Shown here piece by piece: positions 46,383 to 55,887 of a stretch of 64,000 bases of DNA. The position numbers were made by a program, and so were the translations under genes. Origin of the DNA: an uncultured Isosphaeraceae bacterium (lineage in GTDB: Bacteria > Planctomycetota > Phycisphaerae > Phycisphaerales > SM1A02). The notes under the pieces were generated by a model. That model was not told the DNA's origin. It was given only the letters and a program-made list of their open reading frames with translations, and ran no database searches. Location: NCBI GenBank assembly GCA_964524945.1, contig CAZGFN010000004.1, forward strand, positions 5,581 through 69,580. Direction: 5' to 3'. The first letter of the stretch is position 1; each line of letters starts with the position of its first letter.

Positions 46383-48703
46383 GGGAGCAGTGTGCCTCGC
46401 ATTTGCATGGGTTGCAGCACGATCCAGACGCCGACAACAAAGAGAGCCAGCGGTGCGAGGCTCCAGAGTGCCAGCGTGCGGCCGGCGCGACCGGGCGCCG
46501 AGACTTCTCGCGATAGATGATGCAGCACGACGATGGTCATGACCAGTCCTGCGTCCAGAAGGAGCAATTCAAGGGGCAGCACCCAATCGGGAATGTTCAA
46601 GCAGCAGGCGAGAATCCATGCGGGCGGGCCGAGTGAACTGCCAAGATCCATGGCCACCCGCTGCGTCACCGGGACAATTGTGCCAAGACCAGTGAAGAGG
46701 TGAAAGAGCATGTGCACCAACCACATGGCAAAGCCCATGGGAATCAAAGCCAGTGAGAGTCGGCATGAAAGCGTGCGGACCGACTCGGTGGACTGGCTTA
46801 GCAGGCGACCAAGCACGCCAAAGAGCCACAGCACGATCGCTGGCACCAGCACCGTTGCGACGATCAGCGACATGGTCGCTGGCAGTAGGTGTGTAGACAA
46901 TCCCCATCGTTGGGCCATAGCGTCTTGAAAATCCAGAACCGGTCCGACCATTCCAAGTGCATTGGCAAAGCCGCCAAATGTGAGGATTGCGGCAATGGCG
47001 GCAATGTCGGGACGGTTTCCAATGCGACCGATGGCGCCACGCCACGAACCCAGCAGCGTGTCGCGGTGCAGTGGGCGGGTGATGAGACCCACGTTGTCGT
47101 GCGGGCACGCTCGGACGCAGTCCATGCAGAAGGTGCAGTCGTAGTTGCCTTGCTTGGTGGGGATGTACAGGTCCAACTCGCATCCGCGACCACCCGATCC
47201 GCCTTGGATACAGTCGTTGGTTGTACATCGCTCGCACGTGTTGGTGTCAAGGGCGGCGACTTCCCGTGGCGAGATCATGGATTCGACAAAGTGGAATTGG
47301 CCGATCGGGCACACCCATCGGCAGAAGGCAGCGCCACGGAAGCAGGAGTCAATGACCAAGGCGGCGGTGAAGTATCCGATGATGACCCACACGGTCCACC
47401 AAGGCGAATCCCACAGACTGAACACTTCATAGGACCACAGGTAGGCCAGCAGGAGCGCCGCGGCGATCCACTTGGATCGCATTGCCTTGGGCCACGCTCG
47501 GATTGGCCGGAACCATCTCTTGCCTAGTTCACGGGGCAGCATGAACGGGCATGTCCAGCAGAATGCGTTGCCTGCCAGAAGTAGGGCGATGATGACAAAC
47601 CCACGCCAGTATGTCCAAGGCAAGATGCCTGCAAGATTCATTGGCGACAAGGTTGGCCCGAGCAGTCCATCGATGATGATGGCGGCGGCCAGGAGAAGCA
47701 TGATGCTCTGCGCGACGCGTCGCACGCGAAGCGATGCGAGCATGCGACCGAGGAGCCGGGCTTGCAGGAGGTCGTTGGGGCCCCGCCGACTTGGCTTGAG
47801 CGTTCGGATCGATCCAGCACTACCAAGCATGGCAAGTGAGATGGTGCGGTTGCCTAGCACGCTGCCAACGGGCATCAGGGTCATTTGTGCGGTCCCGTGC
47901 AACCAGTTCCGAACCAGAATGGAGGCCGCGGCGATGAAGGCGATGCCACCGCCGACCCACATGATGGCGCCCGCGGCGGATTGATCTTGCAAGACAGTCA
48001 TCCCAAGAAGTGGAGATGTGGTGGCATAGTGGTTGTAGATCGGTTGTTCGAAGAAGACGAATATGGCCGAGAAGATGGTCCCTTGCAGACCCGCGGTCAG
48101 GAGGTAGCAAGCGATGGCGATTGGCGGCCAGACTCGCTCGCTTGGCCAGGGTTGCACGACCGGCCACCAGAACAAGAGTGAGGCTGAGAGAAAGACCGCA
48201 TGTTCGACTTCGTGCCACAGATCACTTCGCAACGCCAGTTCGTATAAGGCTGGTAAGTGCCAGAGCCAGGTTGCTGCGACGAAGGCGACCCAACCGGTGA
48301 CGGGATGTGTGAGCACATGGAAGCCACGACGCACGCCTTGGGATGCGAGGAAGGGTCCGATCCATTCACGTCGAATCGCTGGAGGCAGGCCGCGAAGCAG
48401 GGGGATACCTGGCGATCCAAGCAGGATGAGCGGTGGCCCAATGAGCATGAGTAGGACGTGCTGGGCCATGTGCACTTGCAACGAGAGTCCAGCAAAGGCA
48501 TCCAGCGGCGATGCGATGGCGATCCAACAACTCAGCAGACCTGCCACAAAGGCCACGGGTCGCCAAGGCGGAAACTGCTGGGGCATGGTGCGTCGCAGGC
48601 CCGTCCACCCTCGGAGGTACACGATCGCAGCGACCACGCAAAGGGTCAGCGGCCATGGCTCAAGTGTCCACGACGACAAGATGGCCCGGGTGGCGTCGGA
48701 CAT
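46379..48703 (-). CDS. fusion of caa3-type cytochrome c oxidase assembly factor CtaG with a CcoG/NapH-type membrane polyferredoxin
   Basis: The N-terminal ~260 aa read as Caa3_CtaG-like (VHMAQHVLLMLIGPPLILLG...WHEVEHAVFLSASLLFWWPV). The C-terminal half has CWTCPF, CRWVCPIGQF, CERC and CTFCMDCVRACP (4Fe-4S) motifs between TM segments. Confidence 0.85.
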   Translation of the reverse strand: MSDATRAILSSWTLEPWPLTLCVVAAIVYLRGWTGLRRTMPQQFPPWRPVAFVAGLLSCWIAIASPLDAFAGLSLQVHMAQHVLLMLIGPPLILLGSPGIPLLRGLPPAIRREWIGPFLASQGVRRGFHVLTHPVTGWVAFVAATWLWHLPALYELALRSDLWHEVEHAVFLSASLLFWWPVVQPWPSERVWPPIAIACYLLTAGLQGTIFSAIFVFFEQPIYNHYATTSPLLGMTVLQDQSAAGAIMWVGGGIAFIAAASILVRNWLHGTAQMTLMPVGSVLGNRTISLAMLGSAGSIRTLKPSRRGPNDLLQARLLGRMLASLRVRRVAQSIMLLLAAAIIIDGLLGPTLSPMNLAGILPWTYWRGFVIIALLLAGNAFCWTCPFMLPRELGKRWFRPIRAWPKAMRSKWIAAALLLAYLWSYEVFSLWDSPWWTVWVIIGYFTAALVIDSCFRGAAFCRWVCPIGQFHFVESMISPREVAALDTNTCERCTTNDCIQGGSGGRGCELDLYIPTKQGNYDCTFCMDCVRACPHDNVGLITRPLHRDTLLGSWRGAIGRIGNRPDIAAIAAILTFGGFANALGMVGPVLDFQDAMAQRWGLSTHLLPATMSLIVATVLVPAIVLWLFGVLGRLLSQSTESVRTLSCRLSLALIPMGFAMWLVHMLFHLFTGLGTIVPVTQRVAMDLGSSLGPPAWILACCLNIPDWVLPLELLLLDAGLVMTIVVLHHLSREVSAPGRAGRTLALWSLAPLALFVVGVWIVLQPMQMRGTLLP

Positions 48704-48775
48704 GTTCAGAGTGTAAGTCGAGCAAGGCTCCGACGATCAGGCGGTTAGGAGAACTGATTTCTCCTAACGGCGCTA

Positions 48776-50248
48776 CTAGAAGACCGGCGGATCCTTGTCC
48801 TGGGTCGGTTGGGGCTCGATCGAATAAGCCGAGGCCCGTTCGTGTTCCCATCGGTCGTGCAGCGTCAACATGAAGGAGACCACGGCGGTGGTTTCTTCTG
48901 GCGAGATGTGTCTGCCAAAGGCGGGCATGTTGCCCCCGCCCTGAATCACCTGCCGAATCAGTTGGTCGCCATTGAGTCGTGTGGCCACGTCATCGAGTTC
49001 TGGACCGCGATGGCCGCCCAGTCCTTCCAAGGCGTGGCAGTTTCGACACTGTTTGTTCTGAATGACCAGCGCACCTTGCAACTGCAGAGGCGAACGGCCT
49101 TGCAAGTAATTCTTTGGTGTGGTCATGCCGCTCCACGCGTCCATGACCGGCGACCAAGGTGACTGGAAGCCCAGGTAGGTCAGGGTCGAGAGGGCGAGCA
49201 TGAGTGTCACGATGAAGAGCACCGATATTGGCCGGCGGCTCCAGTGTTTCTCGCCCCCGCCAGATAAGAAGGGGAGCAGGATCGCCGCACCTACTGCGAG
49301 GATCGGGAACCCGATGATCAAGAACGTTTCCATGTACGGCGGTAGCAACGCAAGGACCGCAAAGGAGGATTGGAAGTAGAAGTCCGGACGGGGGGCCGTA
49401 TCGATGTAGGCCGGGTTGGGTTCGCCCGATGGTCCCGCCGGTCCAAACATCATCGCGCAGAAGAAGAGGAAGCCCAGCGTCAGCCCACATGCGATCATGT
49501 CGCGACTTGCGGCATTGGGGAAGAAGGGCATGCCACGTTTTTCAACCAGTTTGTGGTAGTTCTCGCGGTAGTTCTGTTTGTCCACGAGCACACCGGGTGT
49601 AGGTTTCTCGTTGATACCGCACTTGACGACCAGCAGCAAGTGCAGACCGATCAGACCAATGAGTATGCCGGGGATCACAAAGACGTGCAGGGTGAAGAAG
49701 CGACTGAGCGCTTCGCCGCCGATGATGGCGCCGCCGAGGATGAAGTGCACGACGCCCGGGCCAATCCAGGGGATGCGTCCGGCCATCGCCATGCCAACGC
49801 CCAAGCCCCAGTAGGAGTCTTGGTCCCATCGCAGCACCTGTCCGGTGAAGGCCATGCCAATGGTGCACAAGAAGAGGAAGACGCCCACGATCCACGTCAA
49901 CTCACGCGGGTACTTGAAGGCACCAAAGAGGAAGACTTGAATGATGTGGATGGTCATGGCCGCGACCATCAAGTGACTTCCCCAGACGTGCAGTGCCCGC
50001 AGGAACCACCCCATGCTGTGTTGGAAGGTGATGTAGTCCAGAGACTCAAAGGCTTGGCCGGCCGACGGTATGTAGATCAACGACAGGGAAATACCTGTGA
50101 CGACCTGGCAGATGAACAGCACCAGCGTCATTGATCCGAAGACGTACCACCATTTGGCCGTTCGAGGTACTGGGTGGGTCGCAGACGGACCGATGACCTC
50201 GGCCAAGTGGAGGCGGGATTCAAACCAGTTGAGTGTTCGGCTCTTCAT
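48776..50248 (-). CDS. cytochrome b (bc-complex) fused to a C-terminal monohaem cytochrome c domain
   Basis: Cytochrome b N- and C-terminal parts (...FLRALHVWGSHLMV...HIIQVF...FTLHVFVIP...) and a C-terminal CRNCHALEG...GGGNMPAF haem-c domain. Confidence 0.9.
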   Translation of the reverse strand: MKSRTLNWFESRLHLAEVIGPSATHPVPRTAKWWYVFGSMTLVLFICQVVTGISLSLIYIPSAGQAFESLDYITFQHSMGWFLRALHVWGSHLMVAAMTIHIIQVFLFGAFKYPRELTWIVGVFLFLCTIGMAFTGQVLRWDQDSYWGLGVGMAMAGRIPWIGPGVVHFILGGAIIGGEALSRFFTLHVFVIPGILIGLIGLHLLLVVKCGINEKPTPGVLVDKQNYRENYHKLVEKRGMPFFPNAASRDMIACGLTLGFLFFCAMMFGPAGPSGEPNPAYIDTAPRPDFYFQSSFAVLALLPPYMETFLIIGFPILAVGAAILLPFLSGGGEKHWSRRPISVLFIVTLMLALSTLTYLGFQSPWSPVMDAWSGMTTPKNYLQGRSPLQLQGALVIQNKQCRNCHALEGLGGHRGPELDDVATRLNGDQLIRQVIQGGGNMPAFGRHISPEETTAVVSFMLTLHDRWEHERASAYSIEPQPTQDKDPPVF

Positions 50249-50261
50249 CGCATGTGCACCA

Positions 50262-50816
50262 TCAGACGGACTGTTGGAGTGTTGGCAGCCGGCCTGCTTT
50301 TACTTCCAAGTGCCCATTCTTGACCCTGGTTTCGTACTTGTAAAGACCACGCGGCGGCGGACCGGCGGCATGGCTGCCATCGGAGTAATACACGCCGCCA
50401 TGGCATGGACACATGAATAAATTGGATTGCGGGAACCAACGGACCGGGCATCCAAGGTGCGTGCAGTTGATTGCAAAGACCGTGAAGTTGCCCGACTCAT
50501 CGTGACGGACCCAGCATGGAATGTTGGCCGTGTAGCCATCCCACGGTGTTTTGAACGGGTTGACATACTCATCGATGATCGTGTGGCCCTTGCGGTACTG
50601 ATCAACCTTCTTGAGCGTGACCCACGCCTGCCATCCACTTTGTTTCCACGGCGAGATGATGTAGCCAACGACCGGAATGCCGATGAGCACGGCGGCGATG
50701 CCGTTGAAGGTGACGCCCATCCAGAAGAGAAACCCGCGGCGGGATGGTGCTGGCCCAGAGGCATCGCCGAGCATCTCGGGGTCGGGGGCTGTCCGATAGT
50801 CGAATTGCTTTTCCAT
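50262..50816 (-). CDS. Rieske [2Fe-2S] protein
   Basis: CTHLGCPV and CPCHGGVY cluster-binding boxes. Tat-like SRRGFLFW. The ATG at 50816 is one nt from the upstream stop; the track ORF extends to 50909. Confidence 0.9.
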   Translation of the reverse strand: MEKQFDYRTAPDPEMLGDASGPAPSRRGFLFWMGVTFNGIAAVLIGIPVVGYIISPWKQSGWQAWVTLKKVDQYRKGHTIIDEYVNPFKTPWDGYTANIPCWVRHDESGNFTVFAINCTHLGCPVRWFPQSNLFMCPCHGGVYYSDGSHAAGPPPRGLYKYETRVKNGHLEVKAGRLPTLQQSV

Positions 50817-50817
50817 C

Positions 50818-51573
50818 TCACTCACTCCTTCCGGTACCGGGTTGCTCAAGTACTGGGTAGGGTTGACCGGGGTACTCGATGCGGTGCGAGGCCAGCCAAG
50901 CCACGACATCGGACACCTGCGTGTCGGTCAAGTCGGGCAAGCCGTTTCGTGCTTCGGCGGCCTGTTGACCGTGCAGGCCTCGCCAGTCGGGCATGCCAAG
51001 ATCGGTGCGACCGCAGATGACGGCGGATCGAAGCGATTGGTCGCTGACCAGTGCGAGGTAAGACGGGTCGATGACGCTGCCGGCCGATCCGCCGCTGCCA
51101 GTGTCGCCATGACAACCGCTGCAATAGGCCGTGAAGACAACGGCCCCCTTGGCTACTGTGCCAAGTGATCCAGTCAGGGGTGGGGCACCGGTCACTTTGG
51201 GACCACTGCCCCATGTGGATCGGATTCCTTTGACAATGATGTCGATCTGTTCGCTGGTCAGTTCGCCGCCCTGAGTGTCGACAAAGGCGGGCATGAGCGT
51301 CTGGTCGATCCCATTGGAGGTCACGGTTCGAAGATAGTCATCGGTGACGATTGACTGATAGACCGCATCGTTCATGGGCCGCGCGCCACCCCAGTCGCCA
51401 TCTGTGCCGTGGCAACCGGCGCAGCGGGTACTCCAGAGTGAGGTGAAGTCGAGGTCGGCGGCCGAGTTTCCTCGGTCGACCTGTGGACGCTCTGGTTTGC
51501 CAGGCATCCAGTCGCAACCAGCGAGCGAAAGCATGAGCAACGAGGCGATTGAAAAAGTGAATCGTGGACTCAT
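50818..51573 (-). CDS. dihaem c-type cytochrome (lipoprotein)
   Basis: ATG at 51573 (MSPRFTFSIASLLMLSLAGC, lipobox). Two CxxCH sites: CAGCHG and CSGCHG. ATGA overlap with the upstream gene. Confidence 0.85.
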   Translation of the reverse strand: MSPRFTFSIASLLMLSLAGCDWMPGKPERPQVDRGNSAADLDFTSLWSTRCAGCHGTDGDWGGARPMNDAVYQSIVTDDYLRTVTSNGIDQTLMPAFVDTQGGELTSEQIDIIVKGIRSTWGSGPKVTGAPPLTGSLGTVAKGAVVFTAYCSGCHGDTGSGGSAGSVIDPSYLALVSDQSLRSAVICGRTDLGMPDWRGLHGQQAAEARNGLPDLTDTQVSDVVAWLASHRIEYPGQPYPVLEQPGTGRSE

Positions 51574-52418
51574 TCTTCTTCGCCTCCCATTTCGCGTATG
51601 CCCTTTGCTTCGATGCCGAGCCGTTCGAGGTAACTCCAGTTCTGCATCGTGCCGATTTTTTCCGATCGCATGATGACCATGGCGGTGACCAGACCGAAGA
51701 TGACCTGAGAGGCGATGAACCACGGCCAGTTCAGATGTGCTGCAAGTGCGGGGCTAGCCACGCTCATGCTTGCCCAGAACAACCCAGTCCAGACAAGGGG
51801 CACCACGATGGCTGCCACAAGTAGGGGGAATCGAGGAATCAGTGGCAGCATGACGCCGTACAGCAGGCCAACAAAGACGGACATAGCCAACTGAATAACT
51901 GTTCCGGCAATAAGCCCGCCGGTATGGAATGCAGCAAGTTCTTCGGTGGTCATCTCCGAATAGCCCGTCAGCATGGAGCCAGCAAGCAGATTGACCGAGT
52001 ACCACAGGCTGCCCTGAGTAATCAAGCCCCATGCCACGGCAAAGATGGCCATGCAGGCTCCGCCGATGAGACCGCCTTTGACTCCAGCTGAGTAGGGATG
52101 GATTTCCAGAGGCAGCCGAGCTCGGTGGGTCATGTCGTTGGTGAGGTGGGCCACCTTGTGCATTCGCGTTTCAATTGGCGTTGGCTTGGTGACCGGAGTG
52201 GGCGCCTCGACCTCATGTGAGTCCGGGTGCACTTCGAGGAACCATTTGGTGGCGCCAATCAACAGCAAGATGACACCTGCGACTGCGACAGTCCAGTTGG
52301 TGACAATGCCCGTGACACCCAGTGTCATCCCAAAGGCCGTGATCAGCGGCGACGCGGTGGGGGCGGGCAGCTTGATGGGTTCAGGCGTGTTCTGAGTTTG
52401 ATTGGTTGCGTCACTCAT
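51570..52418 (-). CDS. hypothetical polytopic membrane protein inside the oxidase/bc cluster
   Basis: ATG at 52418 (MSDATNQTQ...). About six hydrophobic segments. No family recognised. Translationally coupled to the cytochrome c gene. Confidence 0.6.
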   Translation of the reverse strand: MSDATNQTQNTPEPIKLPAPTASPLITAFGMTLGVTGIVTNWTVAVAGVILLLIGATKWFLEVHPDSHEVEAPTPVTKPTPIETRMHKVAHLTNDMTHRARLPLEIHPYSAGVKGGLIGGACMAIFAVAWGLITQGSLWYSVNLLAGSMLTGYSEMTTEELAAFHTGGLIAGTVIQLAMSVFVGLLYGVMLPLIPRFPLLVAAIVVPLVWTGLFWASMSVASPALAAHLNWPWFIASQVIFGLVTAMVIMRSEKIGTMQNWSYLERLGIEAKGIREMGGEEE

Positions 52419-52429
52419 AGTGTGTTCGA

Positions 52430-53068
52430 TCAGTTCCCCAGAATGTAAACGACGGTAAAGACGACGATCCAGATGCCGTCGACGAAGTGCCAGTACCAAC
52501 TCACCAAATCCACTTTCTCAAGTTGGCGTGTGGGCACCTTGCCAAGCAGGGCAAGCACCCAGACGAGCGACAGAATGATCAGGCCCATTGTCACGTGGAA
52601 TGCGTGGAACCCGACGAGTGTGTAGAAGCACGATCCGAATACGTTCGTTCCCATCCACACGCCATCGTTGACAATCATTCCATACCACTCGAAGCCCGTT
52701 CCGACGAGGAATTCGATGCCAAAGAGAATGGTCAGTCCCCACCAGAAGAGGAAGGCGAGGTGTTTGCCTGCGGCCAAGGACTTGACCGCCAGGACAATCC
52801 AGATGCTGCTCGTGAGCAGGAAGATGCTATTGAAGACCACTTTGAGTGGGGCGATCGATACTTCTAGTACGTCCTGGGGGTAGGGCGGGTTGATATCGCG
52901 GCCGATGTAGAACAAGTAGGTTGCGATGATCGTTCCGAAGAAACAAATCTCCGTCACGATGAGCATGACCACGGCAACTCTGCCGTGTGACCACTTGGTC
53001 TTCTGAGACAGCGCTGGTGGGGGCGTCATCGCCGGTGGGGACGCAGACTGTGCTGACATGGTTGTCAT
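52430..53068 (-). CDS. ctaE: cytochrome c oxidase subunit III
   Basis: Haem-copper oxidase subunit III-like helices (...FFGTIIATYLFY...GFEWYG...FYTLVGFHAFHVTMG...WYWHFVD.IW). I preferred the ATG at 53068 with GAGGA 7 nt upstream. The track start is 53104. Confidence 0.85.
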   Translation of the reverse strand: MTTMSAQSASPPAMTPPPALSQKTKWSHGRVAVVMLIVTEICFFGTIIATYLFYIGRDINPPYPQDVLEVSIAPLKVVFNSIFLLTSSIWIVLAVKSLAAGKHLAFLFWWGLTILFGIEFLVGTGFEWYGMIVNDGVWMGTNVFGSCFYTLVGFHAFHVTMGLIILSLVWVLALLGKVPTRQLEKVDLVSWYWHFVDGIWIVVFTVVYILGN

Positions 53069-53078
53069 GGTCGCATCC

Positions 53079-54770
53079 TCATTCGTACTTCCAGTCCGGG
53101 TCATCGGGATGCTTCAGATCCCACAGCGGTCGCCTGCTGTGTACAACAGGGATTTCTTCGAAATTGCATGCTGGCGGCGGGGAGGTCGTCGACCACTCAA
53201 GCGTCCATGCATCCCACGGATCATCTCCGGCCTTGCGACCTTTGAACAGTGAGTACAGCACATTGAGTACGAAGAATGCGATGGCGACGACTTGGACCAG
53301 CACCCCAATCGATGACAGCAGATTCCAAAGTTCCCAGCCACGTTCTTCGTGGTAGGTATAAATGCGTCGGGGCATCCCAAGCAAGCCTGAGACGTGCATT
53401 GGTCCAAACGTCAGGTTGAAACCGATTATCAGCAACCAGAAGTGCCACTTGCCCAAGGTTTCACTGAGCATGCGCCCGGTGACCTTTGGGAACCAGTAGT
53501 AGATGCCCGAGAAGATGGCAAAGAGCAGTCCGCCAAAGAGCACGTAATGGAAGTGTCCGACGAGAAAGTAGGAATCGCTCACGGCCCAGTCAAACGGGAC
53601 CGTTGCCACAAAGATGCCAGTGAGGCCCCCTAGCAGGAACTGGCACAGGAATCCGATGGAGAAGAGCATTGGCGTGTGGAATCGAATCTTGCCACCAATC
53701 ATTGTGGCAGTCCAGTTAAACATCTTGATGCCCGTGGGGACGGCCACGAGCATGGTCGAACCCATGAAGATGGCATTGACGATCGGGCTCATGCCAACGG
53801 CAAAGAGGTGATGGGCCCAGACGGTCAAACTGATAAAGCAGATCGCCATGCTGGCCGCCACCATGAGTGGGTAGCCAAAGATGACCTTGCGCGAGAAGAC
53901 TGGAACGATCTCAGAGGTGAAGGCAAATGCCGGCAGGATCAGAATGTAGACCTCGGGGTGCCCGAAGAACCAGAACAGGTTCTGCCACAAGAGCGCCGAC
54001 CCGCCAGCCTGTGTATCAAAGAAGTGTGCGCCCAGCGTTCGGTCAAAGAGTAGCAGGCACTGAGCCGCTGCCAGTGGGGGGAGCGCGAAGAGCACCAGAA
54101 TGAAGTCGACTAGGAGGATCCACACAAGCAAGGGCATCTTCATCAGGCTCATGCCCGGGCATCGCATGCCAATGATCGTGGCAATGAGATTGATGGCCGT
54201 GGTGGTGCTGCCAATGCCTGAGAGCAGGATGCCCAGAATCCAGTAGTCGGTGCTGTGGCCGCGTGAGAACGTTCGTTCGGACAGCGGCGCGTAGGCAAAC
54301 CAGCCCACGTCCGGGGCTGACCCCATGCCTTGCAGGCCTTGCCCCCCAAAGTAGGAGAAGTACAGCAGCAGACCACCGAGCAGGAACAGCCAGAAGCCAA
54401 AGGCGTTGAGGCGTGGGAACGCTAAGTCACGTGCTCCGATCTGAAGGGGAACGATGAAGTTGGCGGTACCAAAGAGAATCGGCATGCCCACGAAGAACAC
54501 CATCGTGGTGCCGTGCATCGTGAACAGACGGTTGAAATCATCGGGCATCAGGATGGCTTGGCCGGGGCCAGCCAGTTGCCAACGCATCAGCATCCCTTCA
54601 ATTCCGGCGATGACAAAGAACATCAATCCCGCGGTGACATACATCACACCGAGCTTCTTGTGGTCAGTCGTAGCGACCCACTCGTGTAGCCGCGAGAGGG
54701 CTGGCACGCCGCGAGAGGGACTCAGTGGCTGTTGAAGTATGGTCACTGCAACGTCTCCAGATAGGCACAC
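53079..54770 (-). CDS. ctaD: cytochrome c oxidase subunit I
   Basis: TTDHKKLGVMY, MVFF..MP, WFFGHPEVYIL, HHLF..G and GHFHYV motifs. GTG at 54770; the alternative GTG at 54746 would give a GTGA overlap with the subunit II stop. Confidence 0.95.
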   Translation of the reverse strand: MCLSGDVAVTILQQPLSPSRGVPALSRLHEWVATTDHKKLGVMYVTAGLMFFVIAGIEGMLMRWQLAGPGQAILMPDDFNRLFTMHGTTMVFFVGMPILFGTANFIVPLQIGARDLAFPRLNAFGFWLFLLGGLLLYFSYFGGQGLQGMGSAPDVGWFAYAPLSERTFSRGHSTDYWILGILLSGIGSTTTAINLIATIIGMRCPGMSLMKMPLLVWILLVDFILVLFALPPLAAAQCLLLFDRTLGAHFFDTQAGGSALLWQNLFWFFGHPEVYILILPAFAFTSEIVPVFSRKVIFGYPLMVAASMAICFISLTVWAHHLFAVGMSPIVNAIFMGSTMLVAVPTGIKMFNWTATMIGGKIRFHTPMLFSIGFLCQFLLGGLTGIFVATVPFDWAVSDSYFLVGHFHYVLFGGLLFAIFSGIYYWFPKVTGRMLSETLGKWHFWLLIIGFNLTFGPMHVSGLLGMPRRIYTYHEERGWELWNLLSSIGVLVQVVAIAFFVLNVLYSLFKGRKAGDDPWDAWTLEWSTTSPPPACNFEEIPVVHSRRPLWDLKHPDDPDWKYE

Positions 54771-55810
54771 ACGAGGTCGACTTCCTCATGAGAGAGTTTC
54801 ATGGAGGGCATTTCGCATCCCGGCTTGATGTTCTGTGGGTCCCAGACCCATGCTCGAAGGTTGTCCGGTGTGATTCTCGCCATACCCGAAGCAATGGTGT
54901 CGCGGCTCATCAAGTGCGTGAGGTCTGGCGCAAAGGTGCCATTGGCCACGGTGCCTCGTACGGTATGACAATTGATGCAGGCGGTTCGTAGAAACAAGTG
55001 TTTGCCCGCGGCAACGGCTTTGTCTTCGACGGCGTTTTGTCGCTGGTTGGCCGCCCACTTGTCGTACTGCTCGCGTGGCTGGGCAATGATGGTGATGAGC
55101 ATGTTGGCGTGCTGATTGCCACAGTACTCGGCGCACTGTCCCACGTACGTGCCAGCTTCCGAGGCCTGTAGCCACAGGTGGTTGATGCGATTTGGGATGA
55201 CGTCTGTTTTACCGCCCAGTTGTGGCACCCAGAAGGAATGCGCAACGTCGTCAGATTCAAGCGTTAGGTAGAGATCGGTGGGTTTGCCATCGTCGATGGG
55301 CACATGCAGTTCGGCCGCTGTGGCGAAGTCGCCGTAGTCGAACTCCCACCACCAGCGATGCCCAATGATCCGAACCTCAAAGGCCCCATCTGGGGGCGAG
55401 GTCTTCTGAATGTCAAAGATTCCTCGTGCGCTCACCAGAAAGAGCACAAATACGATCATCAGCGGAATGACTGTCCATGCCAGTTCAATCGGGTTGGACC
55501 CATAGATCTGTGCTGGTTCGGTCTGATCCTCCTCAGAGCTACGGCATCGCACGACGGCAAAGAAGATCATGGCAAGCACGACCAAGCCAATGAGCCCGCA
55601 GATACCAACGAGCAACCACGTGATGCCCAGAATCATTTCGCTCGGTGCTCCCTTTGGGTCGAGCATCGAAGGCATCGGGGCAGTGGGGATGCCAGGGTCT
55701 GGAATGGACAGCGCTGCCGATGTGATCATCGTCAGCACCTGTTCAATCATGATCATTCCACTCTGGCTCCCAGCATAGGCCCAGTTTTGTGCCAAAAGGA
55801 ATACCGGCAC
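54743..55810 (-). CDS. ctaC: cytochrome c oxidase subunit II with C-terminal cytochrome c domain (caa3-type)
   Basis: CuA site DVAHSFWVP...CAEYCGNQHANM and a haem-c site CINCHTVRG. GTG start at 55810; in-frame ATGs at 55756 and 55750 are alternatives. Confidence 0.9.
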   Translation of the reverse strand: MPVFLLAQNWAYAGSQSGMIMIEQVLTMITSAALSIPDPGIPTAPMPSMLDPKGAPSEMILGITWLLVGICGLIGLVVLAMIFFAVVRCRSSEEDQTEPAQIYGSNPIELAWTVIPLMIVFVLFLVSARGIFDIQKTSPPDGAFEVRIIGHRWWWEFDYGDFATAAELHVPIDDGKPTDLYLTLESDDVAHSFWVPQLGGKTDVIPNRINHLWLQASEAGTYVGQCAEYCGNQHANMLITIIAQPREQYDKWAANQRQNAVEDKAVAAGKHLFLRTACINCHTVRGTVANGTFAPDLTHLMSRDTIASGMARITPDNLRAWVWDPQNIKPGCEMPSMKLSHEEVDLVCAYLETLQ

Positions 55811-55887
55811 TGGTACTCCTAACGAGCGTTGGGGCTGAGACTATCAGGAACTCGAATGAGAGTGCAAGGGCGGTACCCTAGGTAAAC

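Noticed and set aside
39600-46400. Genomic island or mobile element carrying the T7SS-like module
   Set aside because: No integrase, transposase, tRNA gene or flanking direct repeats were visible. The GC dip is confined to about 270 bp of spacer. The module overlaps reading frames with core respiratory assembly genes.
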